From contig JBFIHX010000001.1 in assembly GCA_041601615.1 (NCBI GenBank), forward strand, positions 96,001 through 160,000: 64,000 nucleotides of DNA, read 5' to 3'. Position 1 is the stretch's first letter; each line of letters starts with the position of its first letter. Position numbers and translations under genes: made by a program. Source of the stretch: Thermoplasmatota archaeon (GTDB lineage: Archaea; Thermoplasmatota; E2; JACPAO01; JAHFTW01). The notes under the pieces are model-generated. The model made no database searches and had not been told where the DNA came from. It saw nothing but the letters and a program-made list of their open reading frames with translations. Shown here piece by piece: positions 27,693 to 37,237 of the stretch.

Positions 27693-29540
27693 TCACGCGA
27701 GGGGAGTTGTGGAACGGAATACGGAGGCCGATAATGGCTGCCAGGCCCCCTGTGGTTCTGCGGGTGCTAGTACATAGTTGATGCCGCGATCGTGCAACCA
27801 TTCTTCGCTGGCGCCGTTGCTTCGCAGATAATATTGCCAATCTGCGTCGTTGACAGGGGCGCTGCCGGGGTAGAGGACGGCGTGGGGTCGGGCGCCGGTG
27901 AGTGCATTGAACATGGGGGCGCGCCAGGGGTGGGAAAGGAAGATGTCGTCGGGTCCGGCGCCGGATTGGACGAGGATTTCTGCATCGTGCCAGCTTTGGT
28001 CTCCAAAGATTCGATAGTATGGCGTCGAGAGGCTTCCCGCCACGGGGGCCGCCAGTGCTGTCGCCGCGAGGAGGAAGCTGGCAGTCATCACTGCGCGTGG
28101 GGCGGCGTTGGGCCAGCGAAGCGCAATCGGGGTGCGGCTTAGTTGTGTGCGGCCAAACTGCGTTGCGGCTCCGAGTGCGAGTCCGGCCAAGGCTGCAAGG
28201 CACAGGAACAATGTGGGAATGAGGCGCGAGTAGGTGGCGTCGCTGTGGTGGTCGGCGCGCAGGCTCAGGGAGAGGCTGATGGCGCAGGTGGCCATGAGCC
28301 AGGCTAGGGTGCGGTGTGGTCCGGTGTTTTTGTTGGATGCCATGAAGGCGACTGCGGCGCCGGCAATGGAGAGGCCCCAAAGAATCAAACCGGGGTGCAG
28401 GAAAATGGTTGTTTCGAAGGGCAGGTTGTTTTCGCTGTCCACGGCGCCGCGTACGTCGAGCCAGATGGGCGGCAAGATCCACAAGAGAGGCAGGAAGACG
28501 GGGAGTGTGGCGGCTGCTCGATCGACGGGGCGGCCCTGGCGACCGAGGGTAGACATGGCGGCGACTGCGAGTGTGAGCGTGCCGAGGACTAGGTGTTGAA
28601 CATAGGCGCCTGTGACGAGTAGGTAGAGGGTTCCGAGCCTGCTTGGTCCTTCGAAGCGGTGGCCAACAAACAATGCGGCGGGAATCCAGGCGAGTGCAAA
28701 GGCACTGGGCACGAGGATGCCGGGGCCGAGGAAGCGGACCGTGGTGGGAATGACGGCTACGAAGGCGCCGGAGATCCAGGCGCCGGGGGCGGGTCGAAGT
28801 GCTGCCACTAGGGCGATGGCCATGTGGCCGGCCCAGAGGGAGGGTAGGACGCGGGCCATGAATGGGAAGCTGGCGCCGGTGAGTTCGTGGACTTGGGCAA
28901 GGCCAAGAGTGAAGCCACGTTCGGATCGGAAGCCTTGCACGGAAAACAGTTCGGCGGCTTCGTCTTGGTCGGTGTAGGGGTTGGAGATGTCCACGACGCC
29001 TGAGCGACTGATTTCGGCAGCGTCGGCGATCATGCGGTATTCGTCCACATGGACCGCGTAGGGGTCGTCGTTGCCCAGCAGGAGGTTGCCGGTTCGATCG
29101 AGGAGGCCCGGGTACGCGCCCATGTTCGACTCGGGGCCGGTTCCGGGCAGGTGCGGCAGGGCGAATACGAGCGCGGTGAAGGCGAAGACTAGGATGGCGG
29201 GCCACCAGGAGCGACTCGTGGCTCGAAGGGAGGCAGCTATTGCCCCGGGCCTCGGGAGTGCTGGGCGATTGCGAAGCACGGGCCACGCCACCACGAACAT
29301 GATGCCCAGGGCGAGGGCGGCGGTGGTTCGGGCTTGAATGGGGACTCCGAACAGGAAGTGAAGCGCGGTTGCCCCGAGTGTCATGAGGCTGAAGCTCAGT
29401 ACGGGTGCAAGGACCAGCCATCCGGGGTGCCGGCCGGCGAGGCGGCGGGCCAGTAGAATGCCAGGCGCTAGGTAGAGGATGGTTCCGAACAATAGGCGCG
29501 GTAGGTCGATTGCATCGGGCGCCAATTGTGCAGGATCCAT
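27693..29540 (-). CDS. Polytopic membrane protein, GT-C glycosyltransferase-like
   Basis: Many TM helices, an HVDEY acidic motif in the first large loop, and a C-terminal soluble domain ending WL.DRGINYVL. Confidence 0.55.
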   Translation of the reverse strand: MDPAQLAPDAIDLPRLLFGTILYLAPGILLARRLAGRHPGWLVLAPVLSFSLMTLGATALHFLFGVPIQARTTAALALGIMFVVAWPVLRNRPALPRPGAIAASLRATSRSWWPAILVFAFTALVFALPHLPGTGPESNMGAYPGLLDRTGNLLLGNDDPYAVHVDEYRMIADAAEISRSGVVDISNPYTDQDEAAELFSVQGFRSERGFTLGLAQVHELTGASFPFMARVLPSLWAGHMAIALVAALRPAPGAWISGAFVAVIPTTVRFLGPGILVPSAFALAWIPAALFVGHRFEGPSRLGTLYLLVTGAYVQHLVLGTLTLAVAAMSTLGRQGRPVDRAAATLPVFLPLLWILPPIWLDVRGAVDSENNLPFETTIFLHPGLILWGLSIAGAAVAFMASNKNTGPHRTLAWLMATCAISLSLSLRADHHSDATYSRLIPTLFLCLAALAGLALGAATQFGRTQLSRTPIALRWPNAAPRAVMTASFLLAATALAAPVAGSLSTPYYRIFGDQSWHDAEILVQSGAGPDDIFLSHPWRAPMFNALTGARPHAVLYPGSAPVNDADWQYYLRSNGASEEWLHDRGINYVLAPAEPQGAWQPLSASVFRSTTPLA

Positions 29541-30181
29541 CAAGCTTGAATCACCCTGCCATCCTGGATTCGGTAGCGCAAGGGGGCTTGCCGCAGTGCA
29601 TCATCATGGCTAGCCACGAGTACGCCTGCGCCGCTTCGTGCCGCTTCCCATAAGGCCGACACGACAGTTGCTGCGTTGTCTCGGTCTAGGGCGCTGGTCG
29701 GTTCGTCCACTAAGAGTAGGGCGGGTTGTTTGGCGAGTGCCCGTGCGATGGCGACGCGTTGCTGTTCGCCACCAGAGAGGATGCCGGGGCGTTTGCCTGC
29801 AAGGTCTTCGATTTGGAACCGTTGGAGCAAATCCGCTACTCGTTGGCGCCGCTGGCTGCGGTGGACGCGGGCCAATACGAGGGGCAGTTCCACGTTTTCG
29901 GCAACGCTGAGTTCACCGATGAGGTTGAGGTGTTGGAAGACGAGTCCAATGCCCCGACCCCGCAGCCGGGCCCAGTCGGATTCTGTGGTGGGCGCGGGGC
30001 CGCCTAGGACGCTTAGGTTTCCTCGACTGGGCGGTAGGAGCCCTGCTGCGATGGCAAGAAGACTGGATTTTCCTGATCCACTGGCTCCTTCCAAGGAAAC
30101 GAGTTGGCCTTTGGGTACTCGAAGGTGGACATCACGAAACACGGGAACTCTTCCTGGAAAAACCAGGCCCAGTCCCTCCAT
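29540..30181 (-). CDS. ABC ATP-binding protein (LolD/MacB family)
   Basis: [35 protein letters not shown] and SHD. Start at 30181 or 30220. Confidence 0.92.
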   Translation of the reverse strand: MEGLGLVFPGRVPVFRDVHLRVPKGQLVSLEGASGSGKSSLLAIAAGLLPPSRGNLSVLGGPAPTTESDWARLRGRGIGLVFQHLNLIGELSVAENVELPLVLARVHRSQRRQRVADLLQRFQIEDLAGKRPGILSGGEQQRVAIARALAKQPALLLVDEPTSALDRDNAATVVSALWEAARSGAGVLVASHDDALRQAPLRYRIQDGRVIQA

Positions 30182-30274
30182 TCGTAGTACGTCCACGCAG
30201 GTGCAGTCACACTCCTCCATGTAACCCTCGTGCTGTGACGCGACCCTTATGTTCAGGCCCCGAGGTGGGGCGTT

Positions 30275-33082
30275 GTGCTCTGGCGGCTGGCCCTGCGTCT
30301 CGACCGGCGGCTCACGGTGGCTGCTGTGGGGATCGGTATGGCGATTCTTCTGCCTGCCGTGGGGACACTGCTGTTGCAGGCGCTTGAGCCCGATGTACGG
30401 CGCGGCGAGGGATGGATTGCCTCAGCGGACGACGCCTCGGCGTTCGGGAGTGTTCCGGCGAGTCGGGTGCGTGCCTTGGTAGAGTGGAGCCAGGACGAGC
30501 TTTGGGTTGGTGCGTTTCAAACCGGCGGGCCGGATCTCTTGTCGTCCCAGGTTCTTCCGATGCCGGGCGCGGATCTGACCCTCGTGGCCTCCAGGTTTCC
30601 CGATTTTGAAGTGTTGCCTCCTCTGAGTCAGCCGTTGCCCTTGGCGCCCTCAGACGGGGTCGTGGTTTCTTCGATTCTTTCGGTGGACGGGGCGACGATT
30701 TGGTTGGATCGCCCGGCTCCGGTTCTTGGCGCTATGCCGGCTCGTGGCGCCGATGCTTTTGAGGCGGGCACCATCGAGGCGTTGCGCAACAACGTGGTGT
30801 GGCTGGTGGCTGCCAGTTTACCGGCTGTGGCGGCGGTTGCGTACACGTTCGTATCCTTGGAGGCCGACCGGTTTGCGCGCACCTCTGCAACCCTGGCGGC
30901 ACTCGGCCACCCGCAAGCGGGTCGGATCATGTTGCTGGCCCGGGTTACGTTGGCGGCGGGGCTTGGGACGTTGTTTGCCGCCTTGACGACCTTTGTTCTG
31001 TGGAGCTTCGGCCCGGATGCGTTTCATCCCGAGGACACGTGGAAAACCGGGCTGTTTCTGGCCTTAATGGTACCGGGCGTTACGGCGATTGCTGCAGGTG
31101 CTTTGACGTTGGGCCGTCCGCTTCGATCGGGGTCTCGACAATTGCGCGACCCGTCTCCCGACGCATTGCCTCCGGAGGCTCGCATTCCGTGGCTGCCGGT
31201 TGCCGCTCGGCCTTTGATGCTTGGGCATCAAATTGTTCTCCTGTTTTTGGTCGCCGGGCTCTTGTTTACGGCGGATGTTGGGATGCCTTTGGCCGCAGCC
31301 CAGGTTCCGGCAGCGCTTGCCGGTGCGCCTGGGGAGTGGGTGCGTGGCGCCCAAGCCGGGATTGTGCTTGGCGGCTCCACGGATGCGGCGGCGGCGGTGT
31401 TGGTGCATGATCCGGATGTCCAAGACGCGGTGGCGGAGATTCTGGTTCCAACGACCATGAATGGCGAGCCCGTGGTGCTGCGCGGAGGCAACTGGGACGA
31501 CATGGCTCGATACCACGGTTTTACCGGAGGCAAGGCGCCTGCGCCTGGCGAAGTGGTGCTTGGGGCGCGGCTGGCGAACCGAATGCACCTGGAGCCGGGT
31601 GATGCGGTGCTTGTGCAAGCGACGCTTCGTCCGCTGGTGTTGCAGTTGCAGGTCTCTGGCTTCTATGATTCTCCGGGCCTTTCGGGAGACGAGGGATTCC
31701 TGCATGAAGACACAGCCCGCAGCCTTACTGGACTCAAGGAGGGTCAAGCTACGTTGGTGCGCGTGCGGCCCGACAGCCTGCCGGCGTTGGCGGCGTTGCA
31801 GCGAACGGAGGCGAGCCTCGAGGTCTTGGAGGTGCGCACAGAGCCAGAATCACCACTTGCCGGGTCCGTGTTCCGAGTGGATGCGACGGTGGCGAACTTG
31901 GGGGCGGGGCCGGGCAGTCGCACATTGACGTTCCGGGTGGGTGGAGAGCCAGTGGAGCAGACTACGCTGCGCTTGCCAGGCTACCAGACCCAGGTGGTTT
32001 CCGCGTTTGCCATTGCTCCAGAGGGAGTGTTCCAAGTGGAGGTCAATCCGACTCAGGACCGGGACGGGGGTGTGGCAGCGGCCCACTTGGAGGCATCCAT
32101 TGCGTTTGCGGACGCTCCTGCTCCTGTGCGGGTGACTCGAAATGGGGAGCCCGTGTCGGACGTGGTCGTTTCGGCGTATGCACGACTTTCGGATGTTGGG
32201 TCGGCGGCGGCTTTGGCGGAGGCAACGACAGACGCGGAGGGCTGGGCTTTCCTGGATGTGCCCGTGGGCAACCATACCGTTGTTGCGTCCGGCTCTGCGG
32301 CTTCCTTGACGGTGTCGCCCGCCTCGTACCGCGACCGCTCGGTGATCGCCATTGATCGCGTATGGACAACACCTGCAGTTCCGTTGGTGGGCGAGACGGT
32401 TACCGTGCACGCAGCGGTGGTCAATCTAGGCGGAGAGACGGGGGACCACAGCATCGACTTTCGCATCGGGGACTTACGCTTCGCGTATCGATACGTGCTG
32501 TTGAGTCCAGGTGAGCACAAGGACGCCACGGCGCAGTTCCGAATGGGGTCAACGTCTGAGACCATCCAAGTGGACAACCAAACGGTTCCGGTCGCGGGCA
32601 AGGTGCAATCCAATGCACCCATTTTGCTTACGGATCCCGATATTCGATCCTCTGATAGTTTGCAGGCGGACGTGGCCGACGAAGTCCTTGGTGATGCTCA
32701 ACGGGCGCTTGCCAGCCTCATGATGGTGGCACTCATGTCCAGTCTAGCCGTGGTGTACTTGGCAACTGAGCGTACGCTGCGCGGACGCGTCCACGTGGCT
32801 CGCATTTTGCATGCGCTCGGTCAGGATGTTGCAGCCATTCGTCGTCGTGCGTCTTGGGAAGCCGTGGGACTCACCGCGGTTGCGTTTTTGGCGGCAACGC
32901 TGCTGATCAAAATGATGCTGTGGTCGTTCCGATTGGCGGGCGCTCCGGTGGTGTTTGCGCACGTCCTTCCGGATCCGTTTGGGGTGCTTTTGACGACGCA
33001 AGCGTTGGCGGCATTCTCTGCCACGGCGGCGCTGGCGGCGACGCTGGCTGCAGGTGCTGTGCTGAACGAGCAACGGTCCTAG
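30275..33082 (+). CDS. FtsX/MacB-like ABC permease with CARDB/Ig-like extracellular domains
   Basis: Two FtsX-like TM blocks (LAALG, LHALG), MacB periplasmic motif EVVLG..LA....L.PGD, and two P..P.aGe.v.V.A.V.NLG CARDB-like repeats. Confidence 0.7.
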   Translation: MLWRLALRLDRRLTVAAVGIGMAILLPAVGTLLLQALEPDVRRGEGWIASADDASAFGSVPASRVRALVEWSQDELWVGAFQTGGPDLLSSQVLPMPGADLTLVASRFPDFEVLPPLSQPLPLAPSDGVVVSSILSVDGATIWLDRPAPVLGAMPARGADAFEAGTIEALRNNVVWLVAASLPAVAAVAYTFVSLEADRFARTSATLAALGHPQAGRIMLLARVTLAAGLGTLFAALTTFVLWSFGPDAFHPEDTWKTGLFLALMVPGVTAIAAGALTLGRPLRSGSRQLRDPSPDALPPEARIPWLPVAARPLMLGHQIVLLFLVAGLLFTADVGMPLAAAQVPAALAGAPGEWVRGAQAGIVLGGSTDAAAAVLVHDPDVQDAVAEILVPTTMNGEPVVLRGGNWDDMARYHGFTGGKAPAPGEVVLGARLANRMHLEPGDAVLVQATLRPLVLQLQVSGFYDSPGLSGDEGFLHEDTARSLTGLKEGQATLVRVRPDSLPALAALQRTEASLEVLEVRTEPESPLAGSVFRVDATVANLGAGPGSRTLTFRVGGEPVEQTTLRLPGYQTQVVSAFAIAPEGVFQVEVNPTQDRDGGVAAAHLEASIAFADAPAPVRVTRNGEPVSDVVVSAYARLSDVGSAAALAEATTDAEGWAFLDVPVGNHTVVASGSAASLTVSPASYRDRSVIAIDRVWTTPAVPLVGETVTVHAAVVNLGGETGDHSIDFRIGDLRFAYRYVLLSPGEHKDATAQFRMGSTSETIQVDNQTVPVAGKVQSNAPILLTDPDIRSSDSLQADVADEVLGDAQRALASLMMVALMSSLAVVYLATERTLRGRVHVARILHALGQDVAAIRRRASWEAVGLTAVAFLAATLLIKMMLWSFRLAGAPVVFAHVLPDPFGVLLTTQALAAFSATAALAATLAAGAVLNEQRS

Positions 33083-33228
33083 TCGGCGTCGTCTGGCTGG
33101 ACGCAGGCTGCTAGGGTACGAAATCAGGAGGTGGGAAGTTGCGAAGGTGCGAGAAGCTGATGTCGCGGGAGTGCGTAGGAGATGGAGATTGAGGGAGAAA
33201 GGGGTGCCAGGGCGCTCGCAGGGTGGCC

Positions 33229-34881
33229 CTATTCCTCGGGTTCGCGCACGACGGTCCAAATGGTCAACAGCATGATTTTGATGTCCATCCACACCGACCA
33301 GTGGTGGATGTAGTGGGTGTCCAGTTCGATGCGTCGGTCGAAGCTGGGGTCGTTTTTGCAGGTGACTTGCCAGAGTCCGGTGATGCCTGGTCGTACGTCG
33401 AGGCAGCGGAAGTAGCGAAAGTCGTATTCGACGTAGGAGGCAACTTCGGAGGGGATGGGGGGCCGGGGGCCGACGAGGCTCATGTCGCCGCGAAGTACGT
33501 TCCAGAACTGCGGAATCTCGTTGATGCTGAATTTTCGCAGCACGCGCCCGACTCGGGTCAGCCGGGGATCGGAGGCGGAGTCTGCTTTGAACCAGGGCCC
33601 TTCTCGTTGGTTTTTGGCCTGCATTCCGAGTTCGATTTTTTGGGCGTCTCGGCGCATGGTGGTCAATTTGACCATGCCAAAGGTGCGGCCTTTGAGTCCG
33701 ACGCGGGAGCCTCGGTAGAAGACGGGCATTTTCCAGTCTTCGATCTTGATGGCCACGGCGGCAAGCAACAGGAACGGTGCCCCGATGGCCAATCCGACTA
33801 GGCCCCCTGCGACGTCCATGCCTCGTTTGGCCCACCATGCGAGTCGGCTCAGGGGGCGTTGGTGGATGTCGAGGAGGGTGTAGGGTCCGGCGGCCCAGGG
33901 TTGGGGTTGAATGCCCAATTCGGGGTAGTGTTCTGGGATGAGGTGGACCCCGATGCCGCGTTCTTGGCAAACAACCAGGATGCTGCGCACAGCATCTGGA
34001 GGTACGTCGGGGCCGATGTACACCTCCTCCACCAGCAATCCGTCGAGGGCGTTCACGACGTCCCCGGGTTCCAGCGTCGCGATGGGGGCGAGGATGTGGC
34101 GGGGTTGGTCGTGGATGGAACGGGTGACGACGGGGGACAAGTCGAGTGTTTGCCGGGAGACGTGCAGGTCATGGCGTTCGGCCCATTCGGTGGGAATGTG
34201 GTCGAGGATGTGGTCGGGATCGTCGGCGAGGAAGCCCACGACGCGGCGGCCAAGTTGGGGGTCTTCGACGAAGGTGCGTGCGAGGTATTGTTGCAGGCGG
34301 CCACTGCCGACGAGGACGATGTTGCGCAGGTCCCGTCCTTCAAGGTGGCGGCGGCGGACGTTGCGTTGCCATGCGCTGCGCCATGCGGCGGTGCCAAAGA
34401 GCACCATGACGGCGTCCATGGCAAGCACGGTGCGAGGCACTCGGGTCACTTCGAGGATGTACAGCATGGCAAGGAGTACGACGAAGCTTGTGACGACGGA
34501 GAGGACGACGCGGTTGTAGCTCCATTTGCCGGCGGGGTGGCGCAGGATTGCGTATTGCCCGGAGGCCCAGAGGAGGGCGGGGATCGCGGTGCTCTGGTAA
34601 ACTAGGAGGGCGGAGTAGCGGTTGGACCAGAAGGTTGGCTCGGGCGCTGCATGGAGGTAGTTCCAAAGCGGTGCCATGGCGTCCAAGTTTCGCAATTTGA
34701 GGGCGATGACGAGGGATGCGGCAACCAGCAATACGTCCAGGGCGAGGGCGGGAGCGGCGGTGGGCGGTGGCGCTCGGAAGGGGGCACCAGGTCGACCATT
34801 GCGTGCCGGCTGGGCGGCTGCGGCGCCGGTTAATTGCGCGGGGGTTACGGACGGGCCGTGTGTCGGGTTGCCCTTACTCAT
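33229..34881 (-). CDS. Polyprenyl-phosphate hexose-1-phosphate transferase (WcaJ/WbaP family)
   Basis: KRGMDV, RVG..G..F...K..TM, DPRLTRVGRVLRKFSINEIPQFWNVLRGDMSLVGPRP, PGITGLWQV and D..Y...WS...DIKI. Confidence 0.92.
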   Translation of the reverse strand: MSKGNPTHGPSVTPAQLTGAAAAQPARNGRPGAPFRAPPPTAAPALALDVLLVAASLVIALKLRNLDAMAPLWNYLHAAPEPTFWSNRYSALLVYQSTAIPALLWASGQYAILRHPAGKWSYNRVVLSVVTSFVVLLAMLYILEVTRVPRTVLAMDAVMVLFGTAAWRSAWQRNVRRRHLEGRDLRNIVLVGSGRLQQYLARTFVEDPQLGRRVVGFLADDPDHILDHIPTEWAERHDLHVSRQTLDLSPVVTRSIHDQPRHILAPIATLEPGDVVNALDGLLVEEVYIGPDVPPDAVRSILVVCQERGIGVHLIPEHYPELGIQPQPWAAGPYTLLDIHQRPLSRLAWWAKRGMDVAGGLVGLAIGAPFLLLAAVAIKIEDWKMPVFYRGSRVGLKGRTFGMVKLTTMRRDAQKIELGMQAKNQREGPWFKADSASDPRLTRVGRVLRKFSINEIPQFWNVLRGDMSLVGPRPPIPSEVASYVEYDFRYFRCLDVRPGITGLWQVTCKNDPSFDRRIELDTHYIHHWSVWMDIKIMLLTIWTVVREPEE

Positions 34882-36125
34882 GGTTGCCTCTTCTGGAATG
34901 CGCGATCATAGGCAGCAAGCAGGATGGGTTCCTGGAAGCGCCATTCGAGTTCGGTTTCCATGCGGCGGCGACCAAGGGCGCCCATGTTGCGGGCGCGTTC
35001 GGGGTCGTCGAGGAGTTCTGCAATGAGGTTGGCGAGGTTTTTCGGGTCGTCGTCTGCGGCATACAGGGACGCGTCGCCGGCCGAGCGGCGGCCTTCGGTG
35101 AGGTCGAATTGCACGACCGGTTTGCCGAGGGCCATGTATTCGAGCACCTTGTTCATGGTGGATTTGTCGTTGAAGGGGCTAGACGTGTCGGGGCTGACGC
35201 ACACGTCGGTGGTGCTGAGGCGTTCGATCAACTGCTTGTCGGGGACGCGGCCAGGGAACTCGACGATGTCATCGATGCCCATGTCGCGGGCGCGTTGGCG
35301 CAGTCGTTCGAGGGCGGGTCCTCCGCCGACGAGCATCCAGTGGATGTCGTCGCGGCCGGTGGTTCGCAAGTGTTGGGCTGCGTCGAGCACATGGTCGAGG
35401 CCTTCTTGTTCGCCCATGACGCCGACGTATCCGACGAGGTGGGCGCGGCCGTTGCGCCATTGGGGGTCTGGCGCGACGGGACTGAAGTCTTCGAGGCGGG
35501 GTCCGCTGCGGACGATGAAGACGTCCTCGGGTGATTTTTTGCCCCGGGTCAGGGCGACCTCTCGGTAGGATTCGTTGGTGCTGACCACCACGTCGGCGGT
35601 CCGGAAGGTGGCTCGTTCCGCGAGCAGAAGGGCGCGGTGGAAGGGGCCACGCTTCCGGTATTTGGCTTCGAAGAGTTCGGGGTTCAGGTCGTGTTGGTCA
35701 AACAGGACGCGAACTCCGTGGAATCGCTTGAACCAGCCCGCCACGAGATACAGCAAGTCGGGGGGGTTGCAGATGTGCACCAGGTCGAAGGGGTGTTCTT
35801 TCCAGATGCGGCGAGCAAGGCGGAATTCCCAGCGCAAGGCATGTGCGTATTCGCGAAAGTATCCCAGTGCGCGTTCGCCCTCGGGGGGGAGGGGGTGGCG
35901 GTGAATGTTGATGCCGTCGATCACTTCGTGCTCAGCGTCATAGCCCTTGCCCGTGGGACAAATGATGGATACTTCGTAGCCGGCGCGTCGTAGGGTGGTG
36001 GCTTCCATCCAAACGCGGCGATCGAAGGGTAGGGGGAGGTTTTCGACGATCATCAGGATGTGGTGGGGTTTCTCCTGATTCTCATGCTTGGGGGTTTGCT
36101 TGGATCGCTTGGACTGCGAGGTCAT
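34878..36125 (-). CDS. Glycosyltransferase family 4
   Basis: VENLPLPFDRRVW.EA, CNPPD, DQHDL.PE and MNKVLEYMALGKPVV. Confidence 0.92.
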   Translation of the reverse strand: MTSQSKRSKQTPKHENQEKPHHILMIVENLPLPFDRRVWMEATTLRRAGYEVSIICPTGKGYDAEHEVIDGINIHRHPLPPEGERALGYFREYAHALRWEFRLARRIWKEHPFDLVHICNPPDLLYLVAGWFKRFHGVRVLFDQHDLNPELFEAKYRKRGPFHRALLLAERATFRTADVVVSTNESYREVALTRGKKSPEDVFIVRSGPRLEDFSPVAPDPQWRNGRAHLVGYVGVMGEQEGLDHVLDAAQHLRTTGRDDIHWMLVGGGPALERLRQRARDMGIDDIVEFPGRVPDKQLIERLSTTDVCVSPDTSSPFNDKSTMNKVLEYMALGKPVVQFDLTEGRRSAGDASLYAADDDPKNLANLIAELLDDPERARNMGALGRRRMETELEWRFQEPILLAAYDRAFQKRQP

Positions 36126-37237
36126 GGGGCACCTGCGATGCTCTGGGTGTACAAGGAGTGGAGCGCTAGGCGCACCGATGCTGGGTCGAAGGGACGTGCG
36201 GCTTCCTTTGCCGCTATGCCGAGTCGTTTTCGTGTTTTGGGCTCAAGGGCGAGGCGGCGCATCGCTGCGGCGATGGCGGGGACGTCTCCGGGGGCAACCA
36301 GTAGGCCGTTTTCTCCGTCTTGGATGACGTCTCCTATGCCGCCGACGGGGGTGACGATGGGGGGTATGCCTGTAGCCATGGCTTCCAACATGGCGACGGG
36401 CAGGCCTTCATTGTGGGACGGGAGGATGAAGACGTCGCTGGCGGAGAGTTGCTCCTGTTTTTCCTCTTCGCTGACCCAACCCGTTGGAAATCGAATCAGG
36501 GACTCGACGCCGAGCGAGACCGCATGGGCGCGTACTTCGTCTACGGCGCCGTCGCCAAGGAGCACCAATTCCAGTTTCGGGAGGGTCTTGTCGTTGGCGA
36601 TTTGTGCGAGGGCGGAGACGAGCTCGAACGTCCCTTTTCGTTTTCCGAGTCGGCCCATGGCAATGAACCGGACGACGCCTGGTGTTGAAGTGCGCGGCAC
36701 GGGGCTTGCGATGGCGGCATTGGGAATCACGGTCACGGGCGCCTTGCAGCCGATTTCTTGTTCGTAGAACCGTTTCCATGCTGCCGAGAGGACGATGATG
36801 CCAGAGGCGCGGTCCAGGGATCGCCGTACCCAACGTTTCCCGGCGGCCGGGAGCGATTCGTACCAGGGCATGATTTGAGATCCGTGACTATGCGCGAGCA
36901 CCGGGGCTCCCAGTCGATGCGCGTGGCGAATCAGGTGTGCTTTGCGAAGGAAGCTCCCTTTCATCGCGAAGTGAATGTGGAACAAGACCGCCGGTTGCGT
37001 ACGGACGATTTTTGTCATGGCTCGTCGCGTTTGGAGGAGGGCTTGGAGATTTCGATATTGTCGACGCTCGTCCACGTATGAGTCAAGGGTCTGCAATTGC
37101 ACGTCCGTCCATTGGCTTGTGGCGATGAATTGTCGGACCATGGTCATCCCGCCTCGGATGTGATCGGCCGGACCGATTTGGACCACTAGGAGGGACGGAG
37201 TTGGGCGTGGAGAATCTTGGGGGGTTTGCCTAGCCAT
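36122..37237 (-). CDS. Glycosyltransferase family 4
   Basis: GRL...KG and DVFILPSHNEGLPVAMLEAMATG. Confidence 0.92.
   Translation of the reverse strand: MARQTPQDSPRPTPSLLVVQIGPADHIRGGMTMVRQFIATSQWTDVQLQTLDSYVDERRQYRNLQALLQTRRAMTKIVRTQPAVLFHIHFAMKGSFLRKAHLIRHAHRLGAPVLAHSHGSQIMPWYESLPAAGKRWVRRSLDRASGIIVLSAAWKRFYEQEIGCKAPVTVIPNAAIASPVPRTSTPGVVRFIAMGRLGKRKGTFELVSALAQIANDKTLPKLELVLLGDGAVDEVRAHAVSLGVESLIRFPTGWVSEEEKQEQLSASDVFILPSHNEGLPVAMLEAMATGIPPIVTPVGGIGDVIQDGENGLLVAPGDVPAIAAAMRRLALEPKTRKRLGIAAKEAARPFDPASVRLALHSLYTQSIAGAP

Noticed and set aside
27640-29421. 593-aa Arg/Pro-rich ORF and similar long alternates (3522-4553, 21134-22513, 32744-33970)
   Set aside because: Alternate-frame or antisense products of high-GC coding DNA overlapping well-supported genes.
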